A stretch of DNA of 64,000 bases from Amphiscolops sp. MND2022 (lineage: Eukaryota). The notes under the pieces were generated by a model. The model was given only the letters and a program-made list of their open reading frames with translations. It did not search any database and was not told the DNA's origin. Within the stretch, counting starts at the first letter, position 1; every line of letters starts with the position of its first letter. A program made the position numbers and the translations under genes. The DNA lies in the NCBI GenBank assembly GCA_964187785.1, contig OZ076409.1:95730001-95794000 (forward strand), in the 5' to 3' direction. Positions 25,225 to 37,914 of this stretch are shown here, piece by piece.

Positions 25225-26902
25225 CAAGCCGGGAACGGCCCAAGCCGGCGCCATTTCTAATGCTCAAAAACAGCAAAACGACTTCCAAGTATTCTCTTCT
25301 ACGGTACCGGAAAAACCCAAAAGTTGAACCGAATTGGCACACCAGAGGCGACACTTTGAAATTTTTCATCCATTCTGTCGCAAATCATCAAAAAATTGGA
25401 GGGGCACTTTTGGTGAAAAAAAATTTTTGAAAAAGTCTCACAATGCCGAAAAAAGTGAAAGGGGACCCTTTGGTATTTTTCAACATCCGTTCTGTCGGAA
25501 AACTACAAAAAAATTGAAGGGGGGACCCTTTGCGGAAAATTTTTTTTGAAAAAAAGTCTCACACAGCCGAAAATACTCTAAGTCCCTTTGGTCCCTTTGA
25601 GTTTCTTAGATGATGTAAAAATACTACTTCGCAAGCTTTTAAAGTATTTTATTCAAATTTGATAAGTAAGAATTGTAAGATTTCAAGATTTAAGAATCGT
25701 AAGAACATTGACTTCGTCATGTGCAAAAAGTGGACCGATCAGTGTGAGGATTGTAGTCTGAAAAGAAAACAAAACAAGCCGGGAACGGCCCAAATCGGCG
25801 CCATATCTAAGGCTCAAAAACAGCAAAAGGACTCCCAAGTATTCTCTTCTACGGTAACGGAAAAACCCAAAAGTTGAACCGAATTGGCACACCAGAGGCG
25901 ACACTTTGAAATTTTTCATCAATTCTGTCGCAAATCATCAAAAAAAATTGAAGGAGGGGCACTTTTGGTGAAAATTTTTTTTAAAGTCTCACAATGCCGA
26001 AAAAACTGAAAGGGGCACCCTTTGGGATTTTTTAACATCCGTTCTGTCGGAAAATTCCAAAAAACTGAAGGGGGGACCCTTTGGGAAAAATTTTTTTTCG
26101 AAAAAAAGTCTCACAGAGCCGAAAATACTCTAAGTCCCTTTGAGTTTATTAGATGATGGTAAAAATATTACTTCGCAAGCTTTTAAAGTATTTTATTTAA
26201 ATTTGCTAAGTAAGAATTGTAAGATTTTAAGATTGTAAGAATTGTAAGAATTGTAAGAATTGTAAGAAAAGTGGACCGATCAGTGTGAGGATTGTAGTCT
26301 GAAGAAAAAACAAGACGGGATCGTCTCAAGTCGGCGCCATATCTAAGGCTCAAAAATATTCAAAGAACAACTATTGGAAACATTTGGAAAAAGATTTTTT
26401 TTCAAAAAAAAATTGAAAAATTTTTTTTCGAAAAAAAGTATTTTTTTAGGAAGTCGCACAATGCCGAAAAACTCAAAAAGAAGCCATTCAAGCTCATTAA
26501 ACGTTTTTACAAACCGAAAACTTCAAAAAAATGCAAGGGGTTACCCTTTGATAGAATCCGAAAATTTTCGAAAGAAAAGTCGCATAGTGCCGAAAAAAAA
26601 CGAAAAAAAATCAAACGAAAGAAAACCTTTGGTCTCGCATCTACTTTTGGAAGCATAAAAATATTGTGGTTTAGTGCGAGAATCGAACCCACGATCTCCG
26701 GCTTCTCAGAAAATTAGTTGAACAAATGAACAAAGATTGTAAGAAAAGTGGATCATTCAGAGTGAGATTGTAGGCTGAAAAAGAAAAAAAACTACCCACT
26801 GTAATAGTCGGGCATTTTTCCTTAAGGGAAAAGGCGCCGACTAAAAAAGGTCACTGCTATAGTCGGGCATTTTTCCCTTAATGGAAAAGCGCCGACTAAA
26901 AA
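25225..26902 (-). mobile_element. Cluster of three nested/tandem HINE family A copies
   Basis: Hairpin ends at about 25225, 25773 and 26309; two GCGCCGACTAAAAA ends at about 26846 and 26902. Confidence 0.75.
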
Positions 26903-27553
26903 TCTAAGTTGAAAAACCGCATAATGGATATTCTTCGTGTTTTGTTTCTAATCAAAAGACATTTGAGCTATATCGTTGAGTGCCAGATACCTAGTAAATA
27001 TTTTCAAGAAGGAGGAAGGACAAAACTTGAGTTATTTTAACTTGAATGACACCTCTGGATTGAAAGTAGATAGTGCACCTCGAATAATAACAACCTCTCG
27101 GGACGAACCAATTTGTTATTATCCGATGTTGTCACTATCCGAAGTTAGCTTTTCTGAAGTATAGTGTGATGGGGATTCAGGAGTTGTTGTTATTAAACAA
27201 AGTTTGTCATTATCCGAGTTGCACTGTAGGACACCTATTTTACTTTAAATGAAGCATGTTTACGCATCAAGTGAATTGACCAATAAAATTGAGTCGTATC
27301 CTAACCAGAGCGTCGCTTTATATTTCCACATTGAGTGAAATAATATCACTTTAAGTGAGCTCTAGCTGTGAAAGTAATGAACGTAATGGACGTAATGAAC
27401 GGTCGCTTGCTTGAGTGAAGAACTGTGTGTGCGCTCGCCATACAAATCGCACATTGAACATTAGCATTGCCTCATTTCAAAAGTGAAACATTTCAACGTT
27501 TTGAAACATTTAAAACATTGTTACTTCCTGTTTTATTTTGCCGAAAACTTATC

Positions 27554-28375
27554 ATGTCGGTAAGAGCTGAAGCACAACAAGACAGGGAACTACTGGCCAA
27601 CATCCAGGATGAAGGTTTGCGGCATTATCTGGAAAAACTCTCGGAGAAGGTTGATCAAAATCATTCTGATACAAACAAAAGGTTGGACGAACTTTTCAAA
27701 CTTTATGATGATATAAATGAGCGGCTTCGAGCACAAGAGAGATACTCAAGTAAAGATTCTCTCATTATCAACAATCCCCCTTTTGACCCGAGGGATGAAA
27801 AAAATCTTTTGAAAAACATATTGGAATTCATCACTGGTACCTTAAAAGTTCGAGATGTAGATAGATACAGCTTCAAAGCCTATCACTTGCTACCACGTCC
27901 ATATCTCCCAGATAACTTGATGCTACCCATAATAATAAAGTTTGTTTACTTCAATGACAAAGACAGAGTTTTTGCGGCGAGAAAACTTCTCAAAAAAGTT
28001 AAAAATACAATAAATGGGAAAAATATCTATATCAACGAACGCCTCCCATCCTTCGATAATCAACTAAAGAAAGACGCTGAAGCCTTGAACTACATAACGA
28101 CAACACGGAACTGTATTGTATCAGTCTTGTGTGAAAAAGCAGATGGAACCAAGCTGTTTATTCCCATCAAAAGTGCAGAAGACCTCAAAGCATTGCGGAA
28201 CCCTGTTGAAAGACCTGCCAATTTGTATGGAAGTGCTCCAGAAACTGCAGCGAAGAGAAAATTTAGCGTGATAAAAAACGATGAGGAGAAAATGATGATG
28301 ATTTTTGCGTCCATGTCACCCGAACAAAAGAAAGTTTTCTTGGAGAAAGCCAAAGCTGATAACGAAAACAACTGA
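27554..28375 (+). CDS. LINE ORF1 (coiled coil + RRM/FP25K-like domain)
   Basis: QERYSSKDSLII, PIIIKF, IYINERL motifs; first ATG at 27554. Confidence 0.8.
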   Translation: MSVRAEAQQDRELLANIQDEGLRHYLEKLSEKVDQNHSDTNKRLDELFKLYDDINERLRAQERYSSKDSLIINNPPFDPRDEKNLLKNILEFITGTLKVRDVDRYSFKAYHLLPRPYLPDNLMLPIIIKFVYFNDKDRVFAARKLLKKVKNTINGKNIYINERLPSFDNQLKKDAEALNYITTTRNCIVSVLCEKADGTKLFIPIKSAEDLKALRNPVERPANLYGSAPETAAKRKFSVIKNDEEKMMMIFASMSPEQKKVFLEKAKADNENN

Positions 28376-28960
28376 ATATAGAAAGAAAACTAAACTTTCT
28401 CTATATAAACATAAACAATTAAGCATTTGTGTTCCTTATTTAATCTAAACTTGGATAAAAAAGCAAATTATTACTCTCTTTGAAATCATGATAAAAACTT
28501 AGGGTATAAAAAAAAACGATTGTACAATTAATCTTATAACGTTTTTGCATTTATTCGTTTATTTTTCATGTCTTTTTATGTGGGGACGATTCTCCGTTTC
28601 CCACAGCAGCGATTCTCCGCTGCCCAAGAAAAAAAAAGAAAAAAAAACAAAAGAAAAAGGCGAAAAAGAAGAAAAATTTCGAAATGTAGTAGAGACGATT
28701 CTCCGTCTTTGCTGTTTTCTGTTTTTCATACTTTTTTTTTCTCTATTCAAAACAACATTTGCCAAATTTCTGCATGTGACCCAGGCGATTGGCATGACAT
28801 AGGCGCACATCAGTTCTTTGTTGCAACAAATTCGACCTTTCACTTTGCAAGAAACCAACAAGAGACAAAAACACTAAAAACACTGCCGCCTTGTAACGAA
28901 AAAAAAAAATAAACCAAAAGTTTGACTGCAAATTTGAAAAACCAAAACTTCGAGAACTGT

Positions 28961-31739
28961 ATGGTAGAGGGGTTGACATTTTTCTATAATAATATAAGAT
29001 CAGTATCAACAAACTTAGGTGATCTAGAAATTTTGATAGCAGAATCAAAACCATCTGTTATCGCACTAACTGAAACGTGGTTTAAGAACGAAAATGATGT
29101 AGAACTTTATAGCATAGACGGATACCACAGACCATTTACCAGTACTAGGAATAAAAGACGAGGTGGAGGAGTAGCAATTTATGTTACGTTAGACTTGGAA
29201 GCAGAACTAATACACACTGATGAGATACATGAGTCAGTATCAGTAAAAATTAGTGACTCCAAAAAGAAAAAGAAAATCACTGTTTCTTGTTTTTACTGTG
29301 AACCTTCCAGAAACAGAAACCAGTATCTAGAACACGTTGAAGAAGTGTTGATGAAAAATGGCGACGGTTTACAAATAGCATGTGGTGACTTCAATATTGA
29401 TCTCTTGAACGTGTCCCTTGCAGCACGGGTAACGCTAGAATACTTGATGTCTTCACAAGGACTTGATTTGGTTAGTTTGAGAGAACCTACTAGAGAAACT
29501 GCTACATCAAGTACATGTATAGATTCGATATACAGCAATGTTCCTGTTCAACGATCCCTGATAGTAAAGACTACATTCTCTGATCACTACAGCTTGAAGT
29601 TGGATATCAATATATACCATGAGGTCGTAGAAAACATCTATGAATTTAGATCCTTGAAAAAATTAGAAGATCCTCTCTACTGTGAAAAGTTTCTCTTTTA
29701 CTTGAGTCATTCTCTGGGGAAAATTGATGAGGTAAACACAGAAGCCGAAGCATATCTTGATAAGGTTGCACAACTACTTCACGATGCCACAGACAAATAC
29801 TTTCCGCTAAATAAAGTAAAAAGACGCGTTTGCAAAAAAACATGGATAACAAATCGTATAAAACGGCAAATAGCTACTAGAGATAAACTGTACCAGCTAT
29901 GGATCAAAACAAAAACAGAGCTTGATCACGAAAAATACAAAAAGAAACGGAATGAAGTCAACATGGAGATTAAAATTGCAAAACGAAATGAAGTTCAAAA
30001 CAAAATTGAGCAAAATAATCCAAAAGAACTGTACAGACATATTAAAAAAATGAAAGGAACTGACACCCAAGTGAAAAATTTTGGAGGACTATCTGTTGAA
30101 GACTTCAATAAATATTTCGTCACTGCTTGTGATAAACAAAATAACACGTCCGCTCCTAAATGGAAAAGTCAGCAGGTTGACCAACCGCAATCTATGTTTC
30201 TACGTCCAGTAAATGATGATGAAATATTGAAAATTATCGCAACATTGAAAAACAAAAAATCTGTTGGAAAAGATGGTGTAGATGTCAGAGTTTTAAAGAA
30301 AGCGGCACAAATTGTTAGTCCTTACCTAAAAACTGCCTTTAATAAATGCATTACAGAAGGAGTTTTCCCCCAAAGTATGAAAATTGCCAAAGTAGTTCCA
30401 ATTTTTAAAGCCGGAGAAAAAAATTTACCTTCAAATTACAGACCAATCTCAATTTTGGGTAATTTATCAAAAGTATTTGAGAAAGTAATCCACGAAAGAT
30501 TGATGAACTATCTAGAAAAGTTTTCACTCCTTTCGGAAAATCAATACGGCTTCAGGAAAAAGAAAAATTGTATCCAAGCAGCAACATCGCTATATAAAAA
30601 AATAGAAGAAAATTGGCAATCCAAAGCCAAAACGAACTGCATTTTTGTCGACTTCAGGAAAGCATTTGATTCAGTTGATCATAAAATCTTGTTAGAAAAG
30701 TTGTACCATTATGGTATTAGAGGGATTCCTCATAAGCTCTTGGAAAATTATCTGGCAAATAGATTTCAGTATGTTAAAATTGAAAATGAATGTTCAAAAA
30801 TGAGATCGATAAAACGTGGAGTACCACAGGGATCTATTCTTGGCCCACTTTTGTTTCTTGTATATATTAATGACCTGGGTGCAGATGAAAATTGGCAGAG
30901 CGAAGTTGTAAAATATGCTGATGACACAGTTATGATAGAAAAATTAAACTCTAGATCAGATGACAAAAGTTTATTTCAAAGCTGGCTGAATGAAAATGAC
31001 GTTGACTGTAATTACATGAAAACGAAGTTTGTTGTTTTCGAGAAGAGATCAGTAAATCATCCAAATATAGCAATTGGGGATCATGAAATTTCCTCATGTG
31101 CAAACTACAAGTACTTGGGCATACATTTTGATAAAAAATTGAACTTTGAAGTGCACATTAGTAAAATCACTGGGAAACTTGCACGACAGAGTGGAATTCT
31201 TTACAAATTAAGAGAAACACTGAACAAAAGACAGTTAGTACAATACATCCGATCATATATATCGCCAATTATTCAATACGGGGTTCTTTTGTATGGTTTA
31301 AGCCCGAAAACTAGACTACAAAAAATCATGTTACTTCAAAAAAAAATAATTCGGATAGCATTCCGACTTCCACCAAGGGCTAGTGTAATGGCAAAATTTA
31401 AAGAGCTAAAAATTGGCAGTTTTTGAATACCATATATACGAAGTTTTCAAGTACTCTATTAATGAGATTCGAAATGGTTTCAAAAATTTGAAGATTGGGG
31501 CTCAAACCAGGCAGACAAGAAACAGAAGTCTAAACGTTTGGAACTTCGCTGCAAAAACTGATCGGCTAGATTCTCATGCAATAATACTAATGAATGCTTT
31601 ACGTAAGTGGGGTGTCTTGCCGTCCGAGGAAAATATATGTGAAATGGATGAAAAGCAGGTTCAAAACTTCTATCACCAAATTTCAGATCTATATATTTTT
31701 GGCAACGGTGAACTGATCGATCTCCTCTACAATAGATAA
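28961..31739 (+). CDS. LINE ORF2: AP endonuclease + reverse transcriptase, frameshifted at about 31420
   Basis: LTETW, GDFNID, SDH; YRPISIL, DFRKAFD, GVPQGSILGP, YADD, KYLG; C-terminus continues in ORF 31413-31739. Confidence 0.92.
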
Positions 31740-33074
31740 ATAAGTGTCAAACCTCTACCTCAACCAAGTTTCTGTTTTAACCAATAACTCATACCTTTTG
31801 TTGTAAAAAAGGATTCCTCACGAAAAGCCTTTGTGCTTGTAGGAATTCTTTTCAGGGGCTTTTATATATATATATTTTTACTTTGAAATTATGGAACATG
31901 TATAACGCCACCTGATAAATTCAATTATTATAATTATAAAGAAGGAAAACGAGGCAATACAATTTCAGTTCATTTGAATTAAATTCCAAATTTAAATGAA
32001 TCAATTGCTGAGGATATACTCGTTTAGTAAGCAGCGAGAAAGAAAACTTCATCCGTGACGAACAATCCTTTTGCGATCGACAACAGCTACGTTTGTTTTC
32101 TTTGTGCAATATTCATTTAAAATGATTCTCCATTCATTTCAAATTGAGATTTATTGGCTTCCGAAAGTTTGTCGATTCTTCACTAGATTCACTTGAATTA
32201 TAGTTTGCTTCACTTATTTTGGAATTGAATTGCTTTTGTTTTAGGTCGTTTTTCTAATGAGTCAAATGACATATAAATTTAAAAATACTCTCACTCTACC
32301 TGTTGATCCAACGGGTAAACCTTTATTTTATTGTGTAAGAAAGTTCAAGATACACGAGGTGAACAAAAAACGGAACGCACAAAAATATTTCACTCTTCGA
32401 AAATGTAATAATTGGAAATAAGACACTGAAAAACTTTTACTTTCTCTGTCAATCGTCCTCTCTTGACGCAATCAAATTTTCAACAAAGAATGATCCAAAC
32501 CTCAGAAAAAGTCTAGATGTATTTACCCGTCATTTCGTCGACTTTTGATGTGTGAAAGTTTGTTTGCTTCGAAGAAAAGACGTCGAATTGAATGCCTGAC
32601 AAGCAGAATCGCAATGTTCGGAGTTGTTTTGAAAGAATTGTTGACAAACATTTGAAACTTTGAGAGCTCAAAAACTTTTATGCGTTCCGTTTTTTTATCC
32701 ACCTAGTATCAAAGAAGATCCTTTGTAAGATTCTTACTTATCAATCATGTGATTTTGTCATTTTGGCGAAGTACCAAATTAGGCATACTTTGTCTATGAT
32801 TGCAAACAAGTCAGATACAAGTCAGAAACAAGTCAGACTTTTCATTTTTAAGAAATTAATATTTAAGTCGATTTCAATTGGAATTTGTTAGGTGTGAAAA
32901 TGATTAACATGGCATTACCAGTGAATTTTTTTGTTTGAACACCTTCAATTACATTCAGTTAGAGGCCATTAACTCAGTTTTATATTGGGGCGCTTTTGTC
33001 TGTACACATCAATTTGCTGCTAAAATTCTAAGAACTTCCAAAATTGGTAATAGAGGAAATGTCTGACGTTTCAG

Positions 33075-33160
33075 CTGCATGCGCGGAATTCCAAGTCACC
33101 AAAGATCGACCCACGCAAGTGACCATGAACCAACTCATCAATTTCGCGCTGTACACTTGA
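33075..33160 (+). CDS. Calpain terminal coding exon (AACAEFQVTKDRPTQVTMNQLINFALYT*)
   Basis: tttcag| phase-1 acceptor matches the donor at 23639; C-terminus resembles the calpain EF5 helix end (..LTMYS). Confidence 0.8.
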
Positions 33161-33475
33161 CCCCGAAATCACAGTCTTCTCCGCGAGGGAATCATAAAAC
33201 AATCATCCAACATTTTTTCACATATTCCACTTGATTTCAACATAAATACTTCAAAACAGATAATTCAACGATTCTTTACCAGCAGTCTTTGATACGGTTT
33301 GAAAACATTTGTGGCCAACTGTGAACAAGAACTTCTGGAAATTTCTGCAACAAAAAAGCATGCAACAAAAAAACGTAGGACAACTTAGTTGTCTGTTTAG
33401 CAGGAAATAAAATCAGAACAGAAGCTGAACCAAAATGGATTCTCAACCAGAAATAGCGATCAGCCGCTAATTCTG

Positions 33476-33767
33476 ACACAGAGGCGAAGCGGTGCTTCGC
33501 AACACATGACGAAGACATCGATTATTTTAATATGCGTATATATATTATTTTAATCGCCTGCGTATATATTCAACAGTTCAACTTTGTTCAATAACGTCCC
33601 TATGGCACAGTGGTCAACACGTATGCCGTGCAATCGGGAGGCTGCAGGTTCGAATCTCTCAGGGGTTTTGGCTTTTTTCTAAAAGGCGCTCATTATGAAG
33701 TTGACTATTGTGGAAAAAACTTATTTAGCTGGACTGCAATGCACATTGACTTCGTCATGTGCAAAAA
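33476..33767 (-). mobile_element. HINE family C carrying a tRNA-like Pol III unit (33596-33669, plus)
   Basis: Hairpin GCGAAGC..GCTTCGC, subTIR CACATGACGAAG/CTTCGTCATGTG, A box TGGCACAGTGG, B box GGTTCGAATC, TTTT; second copy at 41988-42278. Confidence 0.75.
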
Positions 33768-36295
33768 CAGTTGAACGCAGCCGTGTCCAACCAACAGACA
33801 CAGTGGCCTTGCAATTTATTTTTTCAATAGGATTTTTCAATTGAGTAAAAGAAGTCGAGAATTAACGACAAAACAGGATAATTTGAAAGACGAGTCCTAA
33901 AATCTAGAGGACTGTTTTTTAGTCAAAGGCATTGTGACGCTTTGCTGAATATCATCACAATGCCAAAGTCGTTAACAAAACTTTCCGATGAGATTTATTT
34001 TATCCAGAAACCAAAAATTTCTCGTTTTTTGCAACCCTAACTGGATACTGATACTATTCAAGGGAACAGCGATATTTTTTTGTAAATTCTGCTATGCCGT
34101 TAAAAAAACAGACACATTCCAGTCATAAATGATAGACCAAAAAGTATCAATTTTTTGAAATTGAAAATAAGTTTCTAATGATCTGAAAACTAGTTCATAT
34201 AGATTTCCAAAATGGCAATTCAAAGGAGGTCTTCGCAATATCCAATAAGCTTCGAATAGTTCAGGAGAAACGTTGGGAATTCGTAATTAGGGCATTTTTC
34301 ATTTTTTAACATGACTTTGATTCAAAAAACAAAACGACAAGAATTACCCACAAGGGTTAATTACAGAATACGGTAATAATTTTGTTTAAACATAACAAGT
34401 CGGGAACGGCCGAAGTCGGCATTCCGCTCAGAGATCAAACAGAGTAAAGTATTATAACTACATTTCTTGTGAAAATGTATCCAATTCACAGTGCGAAAAA
34501 TACACGAAGGGATACCAATAAGACCCAGAAAACAAAAAATACAAATTTTGAAAAAAAAATTTTCCTTGTTCTCTTCACAGACTATTTTTCTAGATCCAAC
34601 TTTTTTCCATCTATTAAGACTGAAGACAATTTCGGAACATTGAAGAAAGTTGTTTTTTAGGCGAGAAAATCGTTTTTCAGGTCGAGATATTCAGGATCTT
34701 TCCGAAAACTTCACAAGGTATATTATTCTCGTACAAGTTAGTTAACTGTGCATTGCAATTTTTGTTACTATTTTTAAAGTTCCTTGGGTGTACCAAGTTA
34801 TATAACCTCAGAGGAACGTTTACTGGGCGGAACTGTAGTGATCTGAAATATTCATGCAACGAAGCAGATGTTTGGATGTCCGAAAACGAAGATAAAATTA
34901 GTATAATGAATTCAGTGCCAAATTATTAGAGTACAATTAAATCATTGTCTCAAAAGTTGATAACAGATGAAGAAGCACCACAGTTTGGAGATATGTTTCA
35001 CTTGAACAAATTGAATGGGTAGCAAACAGGGCTGGCAAAACTTCAAGTCTGTCATGGCAGTATGGAAGAGAAGTGTTCACTCCCACTTTCATATCCTAAC
35101 AAATTTTTCTTCGCAATGGGGAAAAATCTCACTTGACGAGAACACAATAATGGCAACTTGAATCGAATACGACTGAATTCTGCTATAAACAACCTTACAA
35201 CCTAGATTTCAAGGGCTAATATGGTATTTGTAATTTCGGCGAAACAAATTTCGAAGCAAACATTTATTTGCACACCAAATTAGAATCTAAGAAACTTCTA
35301 CCATTTTTTTGGTTGCTATATTTGAGATTTGCCAGTAATTTTGCTTCTTTCAATATCCCTACTGTAGCTTCTCTCGCTCGAATGTTACTAAAATGTTTAA
35401 CGCAATATCGCACATAGCAGTTTGAGAAATACCAAGATGCCAGCCCTGACAAACGAGGTAGTACTTATTTATGTCAATACTCGGATCAGTCGTGAACAAG
35501 AATCACTTTCAACTTGAATAAAATTGATGATTCTCAATTTGATAAACTTATTTGCCAAACACAGTTTCGACATGCTAATTGTTTACCGCTAATTCAAAAA
35601 AGTTTTTCGCCAAACTATTACATGTTTGACTTGAAGCATCTTTCAAAACTGAATGATAACCTGATTTAGTTGTGCAAGTCCAAATTCCGGGACAGTCCAA
35701 ATTCCCCCTTTTCCCTTGGGAACAGAGTTTTGACACCGCTAATTAGCGAATTAGCTGCCACTCAAGAACTTTTAAATTAGCGGTAACAAACAGAAAGTCT
35801 CAATTCAAATTTCCTCTGAGCATGTATTCGGATATTCAAAATGAATTTTGAAAGAATTCCAACTCTCACCCCTGTAAAACTCGCACATTATAATTGTGAT
35901 GACACCAAAGTTTTGACACCGCTAATCAGCAATTTAACGAATTAGCGGCCGCTCCGAATACTTTGAGATTCTACAATTCTATTATCAACTCTTCATCTGT
36001 GAAACCCACACTTGCAAAAATTGAACTAAATTCAAAAATTCTTGAATTAAAACATTTAATAGTTTGAAGAAAGTTTTGCAGCAAAATAGCGATTTTGAAA
36101 TAAGCGGTTCAGCGATTAGCGAAAAAAGAAATTGGTGATGTCAAAACTCTGAATGACAATTCCCTCATTCAAACCTAACCCACCAAGCCGCCTCCCCCCC
36201 CCGCGTATCGTCTCAAATCAGACCCCCCAGCAACTAGTAAACCCGAAAAATAACCACATTAGAGTAATTTGAGTAGATGTAATTCAATCAGTATG

Positions 36296-37235
36296 CAGTA
36301 CTGTGATTAAGAAAACGTTCCCCGGACGATTTTAGGCTCGATTTTCTCAAAATCGGTTGGAAATTTTGCAAAACATCAAATAAAAGTTTCATCTAGTTTA
36401 CATGAGTATTTTAAAAACAAGACGGGAACGTCTGAAGTCGGCGCCATATCTAAGGCTCAAAAAGCGCAAAAGATTTTTTTTGGAAAAAAATTGAAATTTT
36501 TGAAAATTTTTTTCTTTCAAAAAAAGTCGCATAGTGCCGAAAAATGTAAAAGGGGGACCCTTCTGGATTTATTAACATACATTCCGTTGCAAAATATCAA
36601 AAAACTCGAAGGGGGGACCCTTTGGGGACAAAAAAATTTTTCGAAAAAAAAGTCGCACAGTGCCGAAAAAAACTCAAAGGGGGGACCCTATAGTCTCGTC
36701 CTGTCTTGTATCTTACGATAAAAATGGACTAACTGAAAGGGGGGACCCTTTGCACTATCTCAAATGCGCTGCCAGTATTTTAGTAGTACTGTAATTAGTA
36801 GTTGAACGTTAATTTTAACGTTCGTCGCTTCGAGTCTGTCTTAAATAAAAAAAAACGAGTGACTGTAATAGTCGGGCTCTTTTCTTAAGAAAAGCGCCGA
36901 CTAAAAATCGAGACAAAAATTGAAAAAGGTACAAATAGCTGATTTTGAGCAAAATTGGGGCTTTTTGCCGTTTTTTCTAATTTTTGACCGTTTTATCCGT
37001 TTTTTTTGAAAAGTTTTCATGCTCAATTAACGTCCACAAATCTACTGAATCCATGGATATATTTTGATTTCAAAAATGATCAACCGTTTCCTAAATATCA
37101 GGCTCAAAAGGTAAAATTTCCTCAATTTACATGAATTTCACTCGATGCGCCAATCAAAATTGAAAGTGAGAGCAAATAAACAATTTTGATTGGCTCAGAA
37201 CGTCATAGGGGGATGACTTCTTAATCGCAGTACTG
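36296..37235. mobile_element. Tc1-type MITE with a nested HINE family A copy (36416-36907)
   Basis: TIR CAGTACTGTGATTAAGAA...TTCTTAATCGCAGTACTG; uninterrupted relative at 50917-51452. Confidence 0.8.
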
Positions 37236-37446
37236 TATTTGTGCTGAATTGGAGCGGAGAACAGAATGAAAATGAACTTTGTGAGGTCACTTTGTTATTT
37301 GAAACTGAGCTAAGTATTGAGATTTATCCAAGGATAGTGAGACTTGTAATCATTAGAACGAAGATCCGCCGAAAGACCAGCATTATCAACTAAGAAGCCT
37401 CCATCAGTCCATTTTTTGAATGAAAGTGTGAATTAACAAACCTCTT

Positions 37447-37914
37447 GGACCATGTCATCTATCCCCCCCCCCCCAGGTACACCTTGTTGGGAATTCCCGA
37501 ATTCCCCCCCCCCTCCAACACGAATGCACATTTTGTTCTTGAACAAAAATATTTCACTAATAAGAGAATATTATATGAATGTATATACTTAGAGAAGATT
37601 GTCTCTACAACTATTTGGACACTTCAGGTAAAAAAATACCATAATTTTTTGATATTGTCCAAAATAGCAGAAATTCACGTTTGGAACAAGCTAAAATTGT
37701 ATGAAAAGGCCCCTATTTCAGCGCAAATTTTGTCCGCTATAAAATCTAATGAGCCACTTTTAACTAACAGTCAATGTAATGGATAGGATTATGTCGACAT
37801 CAATTATTTTATTGGACCAAAATTCCAACGCAAACGATGTCGACATAATGGTATTTGAACCTTCTCTCTTATTTCCCCTCTGCCGCAGTTTGGGGGGGGG
37901 GAATGACATGGACC
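37447..37914. mobile_element. TIR MITE with C-run/G-run subtermini
   Basis: GGACCATGTCAT...ATGACATGGACC, flanked by direct repeat AACCTCTT. Confidence 0.65.

Larger units (their letters stand above)
27345..31940 (+). mobile_element. Full-length L2/CR1-group LINE (Kiri/Crack-like) in the last calpain intron
   Basis: ORF1 + APE-RT ORF2, 3' UTR stem-loop (about 31811-31848), AT-rich tail; exact boundaries uncertain, no TSD seen. Confidence 0.85.

Noticed and set aside
28568..28960. 2A-like peptide ahead of LINE ORF2
   Set aside because: No GDVExNPGP motif seen in the frames examined.
33596..33669. Functional tRNA gene
   Set aside because: Anticodon and T stems pair poorly, the two copies differ in the anticodon region, and the unit sits inside a mobile element.
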